Assembly (NCBI RefSeq): GCF_051201565.1
Contig: NZ_CP179200.1
Coordinates: forward strand, 1,140,001 to 1,172,000
DNA from: Pseudothioglobus sp. nBUS_23
GTDB lineage: Bacteria; Pseudomonadota; Gammaproteobacteria; PS1; Pseudothioglobaceae
DNA: 32,000 nt
Direction: 5' to 3'
Shown here: positions 26,212 through 32,000 of the stretch, in pieces
Position numbering within the stretch: position 1 is the stretch's first letter
How the letters are laid out: the number at the start of each line of letters is the position of its first letter
The notes under the pieces: model-generated
The model's input: the letters and a program-made list of their open reading frames with translations, nothing else
What the model was told of the DNA's origin: nothing
Database searches by the model: none
Translations under genes and position numbers: made by a program

Positions 26212-26877
26212 TTACTCGAAATTAACGTAGATTAAAGGATCAATCTCGCTATAAACACTTCCAGAAGCCCCTTTAAATACTATCTCAGCCTCATCTCGTC
26301 GCTTCAATGTTTTTGAGAAATAGAGATACGGTTTCTCAGAGACAAAAACAGCCGTTGCATCAACTTGCACATTATTTCTACTATCACTGATAACCCTAAA
26401 ATTAGTCGCATCACCCGGCAACTCAAAACCAAGCATAAAGTTCACATCACTCAACTCACTGTTGAGCGCATCGGCATAGTCTGTAGACTTTAAACTAACT
26501 TCAAGTTCACCAGTATTTTCAAGAACTAAAACAGCAACACGATTATTGTTTCCAAGATAAGTTTCTAAATTCTCCAATGTTCCTATTGGAATTGTTGTTT
26601 CAATAACAAGTGTTTCGCTATAGTCGGTGGATGATTGGGAGAAAACAGATTCTGGAGCAAGATACTTTTCAGCAATCAATGTAGCTGTATCTAGTTCACC
26701 ATCATCATCGCTATACATCGTAAATGAAGCTCTGACAGGAACCTCAAACACTTCTCCTTCATTTGCCGCCTCAATATCTGTCGTGTAGAGAGTTACATCA
26801 AGAACACTCGGTGAGCATGACGTCAAAAATGTAATGATTAAAAAGGATCCAAATAGTTTTGATAATTGTAATTTCAT
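26212..26877 (-). CDS. Hypothetical acidic lipoprotein
   Basis: 221-aa ORF with a signal peptide and lipobox (FLTS-C). The mature part is rich in Asp/Glu/Ser/Thr and has no other Cys. I recognise no family. Confidence 0.65.
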   Translation of the reverse strand: MKLQLSKLFGSFLIITFLTSCSPSVLDVTLYTTDIEAANEGEVFEVPVRASFTMYSDDDGELDTATLIAEKYLAPESVFSQSSTDYSETLVIETTIPIGTLENLETYLGNNNRVAVLVLENTGELEVSLKSTDYADALNSELSDVNFMLGFELPGDATNFRVISDSRNNVQVDATAVFVSEKPYLYFSKTLKRRDEAEIVFKGASGSVYSEIDPLIYVNFE

Positions 26878-26930
26878 AACTGCAATTCATGAGTTGATTA
26901 AGATTCTATATTATCACAATTAAAAATTGA

Positions 26931-27581
26931 TTATTTTCCTTTTTGATCACCCCAAAGAATCTTATGGAGCTGGACTTGAAGTCTAACATTAAGTTTTTTT
27001 TCTAGAATCCAATCAGCCAATTCAACCGGCCTTAAACTCTCATAGACTGGGGAAAACAAAACTTCAGACTCTACTTCATGATTTTCCAACATTTCAGTAC
27101 ACCAATCAAAGTCTGACCTTGAAGCAATAACAAACTTTAGCTGGTCCTTATTTTTTAGAATTGAAAGATTTTCGTATCTATTCTGATGTTCTTCAGTTGA
27201 GGAAGGCGTTTTAATGTCCATTACAATTGATACTTTACTATTCACTGGAGCTATATCGATGCTTCCACTGGTCTCCATAGATACTTTGTACTCATTTTCA
27301 ATAAGCGCATCAAGGAGTTTTAAACAGTTACTTTGAGCCATTGGCTCTCCTCCAGTGACGCATACATATTGAGTGTTATATTGAGCAATTTCATCTAATA
27401 TATGTTGAATGGAGAGTGGATTATTTCCTTTAAATGCATAGGCAGTATCGCAATAGTTACATCTGAGTGGACACCCAGTCAAACGAACAAAAACGGTTGG
27501 GATTCCGACCTCCTTTGCTTCTCCTTGGAGCGAGTAAAAGATTTCAGTGATATTGAGAGTTGTGTTATTTAAATTGTCCAT
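26931..27581 (-). CDS. queE: 7-carboxy-7-deazaguanine synthase (radical SAM, queuosine pathway)
   Basis: 216-aa ORF with an N-terminal [10 protein letters not shown] segment and the cluster motif [10 protein letters not shown] (Cx3Cx2C). Its ATG lies 17 nt inside the uvrB 3' end. Confidence 0.88.
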   Translation of the reverse strand: MDNLNNTTLNITEIFYSLQGEAKEVGIPTVFVRLTGCPLRCNYCDTAYAFKGNNPLSIQHILDEIAQYNTQYVCVTGGEPMAQSNCLKLLDALIENEYKVSMETSGSIDIAPVNSKVSIVMDIKTPSSTEEHQNRYENLSILKNKDQLKFVIASRSDFDWCTEMLENHEVESEVLFSPVYESLRPVELADWILEKKLNVRLQVQLHKILWGDQKGK

Positions 27582-29550
27582 CTTTTAATAGTTTGATTTG
27601 GTTTCTAACATCTGCTGCTTGCTCGAATTTTAATTCTTCTGCAAACTGATACATCTCTTTCTCTAATCTTTTTAATTCTTTGGATAACTGAACAGGTGAG
27701 AGCTTGACTTGGATAATTTCTGAACTCGATTCATCGATTTCAGCAGCAGAAAGATCGGTATCCAGAATGTCAACAATAGGCTTAACAACGCCTTTTGGCG
27801 TAATCCCGTGTTTTTCATTAAATGATTGCTGTTTGTCTCTTCTTGCTGTTGTGACATCCATCGCCCTTTGCATAGAATTTGTAACCCTGTCAGCATAAAG
27901 AATGACACTACCATTAATATTTCGCGCTGCCCTGCCCATGGTTTGAATGAGTGATCTCTCAGACCTTAAAAATCCCTCTTTGTCAGCATCTAAGATAGCT
28001 ACTAATGAGACCTCCGGAATATCAAGACCCTCTCTTAAGAGGTTGATCCCAACTAAAACATCAAAAACGCCTAGTCGCAAATCCCTTATTATTTCAACTC
28101 GCTCAACTGTATCAACATCGGAATGAAGATAGCGAACTTTAATGTTATGATCATTCAAATACTCACTGAGCTGCTCTGACATTCTTTTGGTTAATGTTGT
28201 AACAAGAACTCTCTCCTTAATCGCAACTCTCTTATTTATTTCAGACAACAGATCATCTACCTGAGTCTCTACAGGCCTGACTTCAATTTCAGGATCCAAA
28301 AGGCCAGTTGGCCTGACCACCTGCTCAGCAATAACGGTTGACACATCGAGCTCATAGTTTGCAGGGGTTGCAGAAACCAAAATGCATTGATTTAATCTCT
28401 CTGAAAACTCTTCAAACTTTAACGGTCTGTTATCTAGAGCAGAGGGTAAACGGAAACCAAAGTCAACGAGCGTTGTCTTTCGTGCCCTATCCCCGTTATA
28501 CATGGCTCCTATTTGACTCACTGTAACGTGCGACTCATCAAGAATTACTAGAGAGTCATCTGGCAAATAATCGAACAGTGTTGGCGGTGCTTCTCCAGGC
28601 TTTCTTCCGGATAGGTATCGTGAGTAGTTTTCAATACCGGAGCAGTAGCCGAGCTCTCTCATCATTTCCATATCTTGAACCACTCTCTGTGAGAGCCTCT
28701 GATCTTCAACTAATTTATTTTGGGAGAGGAGCTCTTTTTTTCTAACGCCCAATTCAACCTTGATATCATCAAGCATATTTTGAATCGTGGATTCAGGAGT
28801 GACATAGTGAGTCTTGGGATAGATGGTGATCCTCTGAAGTGATTTTAGCTTCTCTCCAGTCAAAGGGTCAAACCATGAAAGACTCTCAACCTCGTCATCA
28901 AACATCTCAATTCTAACTGCACTCTCGTCCGAATCAGCCGGAAATATATCAATCACCTCGCCCTTAACCCTAAAATGCCCCCTGATGAGTGTTAAGTCGT
29001 TCCGAGTATATTGCATCTTTGATAGGGTCGCTAGAATTTCTCTCTGGTTGGTGAGTTCTCCGACAGTTAAGTGAAGCAGCATCTTCATGTAGCTCTTTGG
29101 GTCACCAAGACCATAAATGGCTGAGACACTGGCAATAATGATGACGTCTTTTCTTTCTAAAAGTGACTTGGTAGCAGAGAGTCGCATCTGCTCAATTTGC
29201 TCATTTATCGACGCATCTTTTTCAATGTATGTATCTGAAGCTGGTACATAGGCCTCTGGCTGATAGTAGTCATAGTAGGAGACAAAGTATTCAACAGCAT
29301 TGTCTGGGAAAAACTCCTTCATTTCACTGTAAAGCTGAGCTGCTAGTGTTTTGTTAGGAGCCATAATGAGGCTCGGCTTTTGGCTCTTCTCAATGACATT
29401 TGCTAAAGTGAAAGTTTTGCCTGAGCCAGTAACCCCAACAAGGGTTTGATATTTCTCACCTGACTCAATTCCATCTAACAATTTTTGAATTGCAGAGGGC
29501 TGGTCACCCTTAGGTGAAAAATTTGATTTGAGTTGAAATTTTCTGGCCAT
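27565..29550 (-). CDS. uvrB: Excinuclease ABC subunit B
   Basis: 661-aa ORF with Walker A GVTGSGKT, a DESH box (ILDESHV), helicase motifs and a C-terminal UVR domain ([11 protein letters not shown]). Confidence 0.97.
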   Translation of the reverse strand: MARKFQLKSNFSPKGDQPSAIQKLLDGIESGEKYQTLVGVTGSGKTFTLANVIEKSQKPSLIMAPNKTLAAQLYSEMKEFFPDNAVEYFVSYYDYYQPEAYVPASDTYIEKDASINEQIEQMRLSATKSLLERKDVIIIASVSAIYGLGDPKSYMKMLLHLTVGELTNQREILATLSKMQYTRNDLTLIRGHFRVKGEVIDIFPADSDESAVRIEMFDDEVESLSWFDPLTGEKLKSLQRITIYPKTHYVTPESTIQNMLDDIKVELGVRKKELLSQNKLVEDQRLSQRVVQDMEMMRELGYCSGIENYSRYLSGRKPGEAPPTLFDYLPDDSLVILDESHVTVSQIGAMYNGDRARKTTLVDFGFRLPSALDNRPLKFEEFSERLNQCILVSATPANYELDVSTVIAEQVVRPTGLLDPEIEVRPVETQVDDLLSEINKRVAIKERVLVTTLTKRMSEQLSEYLNDHNIKVRYLHSDVDTVERVEIIRDLRLGVFDVLVGINLLREGLDIPEVSLVAILDADKEGFLRSERSLIQTMGRAARNINGSVILYADRVTNSMQRAMDVTTARRDKQQSFNEKHGITPKGVVKPIVDILDTDLSAAEIDESSSEIIQVKLSPVQLSKELKRLEKEMYQFAEELKFEQAADVRNQIKLLKDGQFK

Positions 29551-29611
29551 AATTGGCAGTTTTTCATTAAAATAAAACCCTCAATTTTAAACCATTTAAA
29601 GAGTACCGTAA

Positions 29612-30787
29612 ATGTCATCAATGTTATCAAATCGAGTTCAAAAAGTTAAACCATCAGCCACTATGGCAGTGAGCGATAAAGCCAAAGAATTAAAATCACA
29701 AGGCATCCAAATTGTATCTATGGGTTCTGGAGAGCCTGACTTTGATACCCCGACCAATATTCAAAAGGCTGCTATTAAAGCCATTGGTAATGGTGAGACT
29801 CGATATACAGCTGCTGACGGTACACCTGAGCTTAAAAAAGCTATCTGTGAAAAATTTAGAAGAGAAAACGGGTTAGACTATTCACTAAACGAAGTTATGG
29901 TTTCTTGTGGTGGAAAACAGGTTTTTTACAACCTTTGTCAAGCGATCTTAAACTCTAACGATGAAGTAATTATTCCAACGCCTTACTGGGTCTCCTATCC
30001 GGATATGGCTATTCTAGCAGATGCCACTCCAGTCTTTATTGAGGCTGGTCTGGATCAAGATTTTAAAATTTCACCTGAACAGCTGGAAGCAAGTATTACT
30101 GCAAACACTAAACTCTTGGTTCTAAATAGCCCCTCAAACCCTACTGGATCTGTCTACTCAAAGTCAGAGATTGAGGCCCTTGGGACTGTTCTCGAGAAGC
30201 ATCCCCATGTACTCATTATCAGTGACGATATTTATGAACATATTCGATGGAGTGATGATGACTTTGTCAACATTGCTACGGCTTGCCCAAATCTAAAAGA
30301 TCGCGTCATCATCTTGAATGGTGTTTCGAAAGCCTATGCGATGACTGGATGGAGAATTGGTTACGCAGCAGGGCCGGAGTCAGTCATAAAAGCAATGAAA
30401 AAAATTCAAGGCCAATCTACTTCAAACCCAAGCTCCATTTCACAAGCAGCTGCTCTTGAAGCTATTACTGGAGACCAGTCATTCATTACGATGATGGTTG
30501 AGGCTTTTGAACGTCGTCATGACTTTCTTGTGGATAGTCTGAATGCAATTGATGGTATCGAATGCCCTAGATCAGGTGGTGCGTTCTACTCCTTCCCTAA
30601 GGTTCAAGGCTTAATAGAAAGGCTTGGACTTAAGGATGATGTCGAATTCTCAACTTATTGTCTTGAGAAATTAAGTTTAGCTGTTGTTCCTGGTTCCGCT
30701 TTTGGAGCTCCTGGATATGTGAGATTATCTTTTGCTACGAGTATGGATAACATTAAACTTTCAGTTGAAAAATTAGCAAGCATCTAA
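29612..30787 (+). CDS. Aspartate aminotransferase (class I PLP aminotransferase, subgroup Ib type)
   Basis: 391-aa ORF with SPSNPTG and the PLP-lysine motif GVSKAYAMTGWRIGY. Confidence 0.88.
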   Translation: MSSMLSNRVQKVKPSATMAVSDKAKELKSQGIQIVSMGSGEPDFDTPTNIQKAAIKAIGNGETRYTAADGTPELKKAICEKFRRENGLDYSLNEVMVSCGGKQVFYNLCQAILNSNDEVIIPTPYWVSYPDMAILADATPVFIEAGLDQDFKISPEQLEASITANTKLLVLNSPSNPTGSVYSKSEIEALGTVLEKHPHVLIISDDIYEHIRWSDDDFVNIATACPNLKDRVIILNGVSKAYAMTGWRIGYAAGPESVIKAMKKIQGQSTSNPSSISQAAALEAITGDQSFITMMVEAFERRHDFLVDSLNAIDGIECPRSGGAFYSFPKVQGLIERLGLKDDVEFSTYCLEKLSLAVVPGSAFGAPGYVRLSFATSMDNIKLSVEKLASI

Positions 30788-30810
30788 ACAAGCGCTTGTT
30801 TAGTTTTTTT
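30786..30810 (+). terminator. Candidate intrinsic terminator after the aminotransferase gene
   Basis: The 16-nt palindrome AAACAAGCGCTTGTTT (30786-30801) is followed by a T7 run at 30804-30810. Confidence 0.5.
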
Positions 30811-30811
30811 C

Positions 30812-30838
30812 TTGACATCTAAAATTTCTTAATATAAC
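30812..30838 (+). promoter_or_regulatory. Candidate promoter TTGACA-N15-TATAAC for the aldehyde dehydrogenase gene
   Basis: Perfect -35 at 30812-30817. The -10-like TATAAC at 30833-30838 follows a short 15-nt spacer. An AAGGAGA Shine-Dalgarno lies at 30854-30860. Confidence 0.35.
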
Positions 30839-30866
30839 CTCTACTTTTTTGATAAGGAGAATCTCA

Positions 30867-32000
30867 ATGCTTGATAAAAGAAAATTCTACATTAACGGTC
30901 AGTGGGTTGACCCTTCAAATAAGAATGACCTTGAAGTTATCAATCCTTCAGATGAATCAGTATGTGCAATAATCTCACTGGGCTCTCAAGAAGATACAGA
31001 TGCAGCGGTTTCAGCTGCAAGAGCAGCATTGCCGATGTGGTCAAGCTCATCTAAAGAAGAAAGAATTGCATTGCTGGAGAGGCTTTATGATATATATAAA
31101 AGAAGAATGGATGAGATGGCTGAGGTTATCTCTATTGAAATGGGAGCTCCCATTGATTTTTCTAAGGCTGCTCAAGCGCCTTCAGGAACAAACGCAATTG
31201 AAGATTTTCTCAATCAACTCAAAAAGTTTGAGTTTGAAGAACAACTAGATGACTCTGATAATCAACTGATCTATGAGCCAAAAGGCGTATGCGCGCTCAT
31301 TACTCCATGGAATTGGCCCATTAGCCAGGTTGCTTTGAAGGTTATTCCTGCTATTGCAGCCGGATGTACAATGGTTTTAAAGCCATCAGAGATTGCCCCT
31401 CTAGATTCAATGTTGTTTGCTGATATGCTTGAGGAGGCCGGATGCCCTGCTGGTGTTTTCAACCTTGTTAATGGTGATGGTGCTGGTGTTGGAAGTCAGC
31501 TGACCTCACATCCAGATATTGACATGGTCTCCTTTACTGGATCAACAAGAGCAGGCGCCTTAATTTCTCACAATGCTGCAGACGACTTTAAGAGGGTTGG
31601 TCTAGAGCTTGGTGGAAAAGGCGCGAATATTATTTTTGCTGACGCTGATGAAAAAGCAGTTAAAAGAGGTGTTAGGCACTGTTTCAATAACACAGGTCAG
31701 TCTTGCAACGCACCTACAAGAATGCTTGTAGAGAGATCAATCTATAACCAAGCTGTTGAAATTGCCAAAGAAACAGCCCTTTCAACTAAAACAGATATTG
31801 CATCAAAAGAGGGAAAACACCTTGGCCCTGTTGTATCAAAACTTCAGTTTGATAAGATTCAAGCATTAATTCAAGCTGGGATAGATGAGAATGCCACTTT
31901 GGTGACTGGAGGAACTGGAAAACCTGAGGGACTCGAGACTGGTTATTTCATCAAGCCTACAATTTTTGCAGACGTTAATAATCAAATGACGATTGCACAA
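30867..32000 (+). CDS. NAD(P)-dependent aldehyde dehydrogenase, 3'-truncated by the window edge
   Basis: This gene is not in the ORF track because it has no stop inside the window. My translation from the ATG at 30867 runs 378 codons without a stop. It begins MLDKRKFYINGQWVDPS and contains ITPWNWP, the ELGGKG glutamate motif and the catalytic Cys context GQSCNAPTR. Confidence 0.9.
   Translation, partial: MLDKRKFYINGQWVDPSNKNDLEVINPSDESVCAIISLGSQEDTDAAVSAARAALPMWSSSSKEERIALLERLYDIYKRRMDEMAEVISIEMGAPIDFSKAAQAPSGTNAIEDFLNQLKKFEFEEQLDDSDNQLIYEPKGVCALITPWNWPISQVALKVIPAIAAGCTMVLKPSEIAPLDSMLFADMLEEAGCPAGVFNLVNGDGAGVGSQLTSHPDIDMVSFTGSTRAGALISHNAADDFKRVGLELGGKGANIIFADADEKAVKRGVRHCFNNTGQSCNAPTRMLVERSIYNQAVEIAKETALSTKTDIASKEGKHLGPVVSKLQFDKIQALIQAGIDENATLVTGGTGKPEGLETGYFIKPTIFADVNNQMTIAQ

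Noticed and set aside
26878-27581. preQ1 riboswitch or other leader element for queE.
   Set aside because: The queE start is embedded in the uvrB coding sequence, so there is no free leader. No preQ1-type hairpin with an A-rich tail was seen.
29531-29611. Looked for a LexA/SOS box (CTGT-N8-ACAG) in the divergent uvrB / aminotransferase control region.
   Set aside because: The only near-match is on the minus strand, CTG-N11-CAG, which overlaps the uvrB start. The spacing is wrong and the flanks are not conserved. I cannot support an SOS box.
31000-31462. Track ORFs 31000-31248 (+) and 31271-31462 (-).
   Set aside because: Both lie inside the aldehyde dehydrogenase gene (30867 to beyond 32000). 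That gene is open for 378 codons and has the ELGGKG and catalytic Cys motifs. The track ORFs are out of frame or antisense to it.

Overview
AT-rich, very gene-dense chromosomal segment with about 30 CDS and 2 tRNAs. Many same-strand genes overlap by 1-17 nt, and one convergent pair overlaps by 20 nt. The gene content looks like the core genome of a streamlined gammaproteobacterium; that taxonomic guess is inference from gene content only. Most genes are housekeeping. They are pepN, uppP, a MidA/DUF185-type methyltransferase, a FolM-like reductase, rne, aroE, pdxH, a UbiH-family monooxygenase, pyrF, serA-serC with divergent serB, aroC, a SulP/STAS transporter, queE, uvrB, an aspartate aminotransferase and an aldehyde dehydrogenase that runs off the 3' edge. 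I saw no transposase, integrase, CRISPR array, toxin-antitoxin pair or recognisable defence genes, and I found no large novel multi-gene system. The items worth a second look are: (1) a three-domain MsrA / CxxC thioredoxin-fold / MsrB fusion with non-canonical features. (2) A small heat-shock (alpha-crystallin) protein with a clear Sec signal peptide and a Met/His-rich arm. (3) An AT-rich accessory stretch holding two sulfotransferase-fold genes on either side of tRNA-Arg(CCT). In one of them the PAPS-binding motif lies upstream of any canonical start codon, and the gene is bracketed by a perfect 11-bp direct repeat. (4) A recurring palindromic TAGATCT motif concentrated in the two long intergenic regions that flank an orphan lipoprotein gene next to tRNA-Val. 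(5) Codon-phased tandem repeats in the RNase E C-terminal half.
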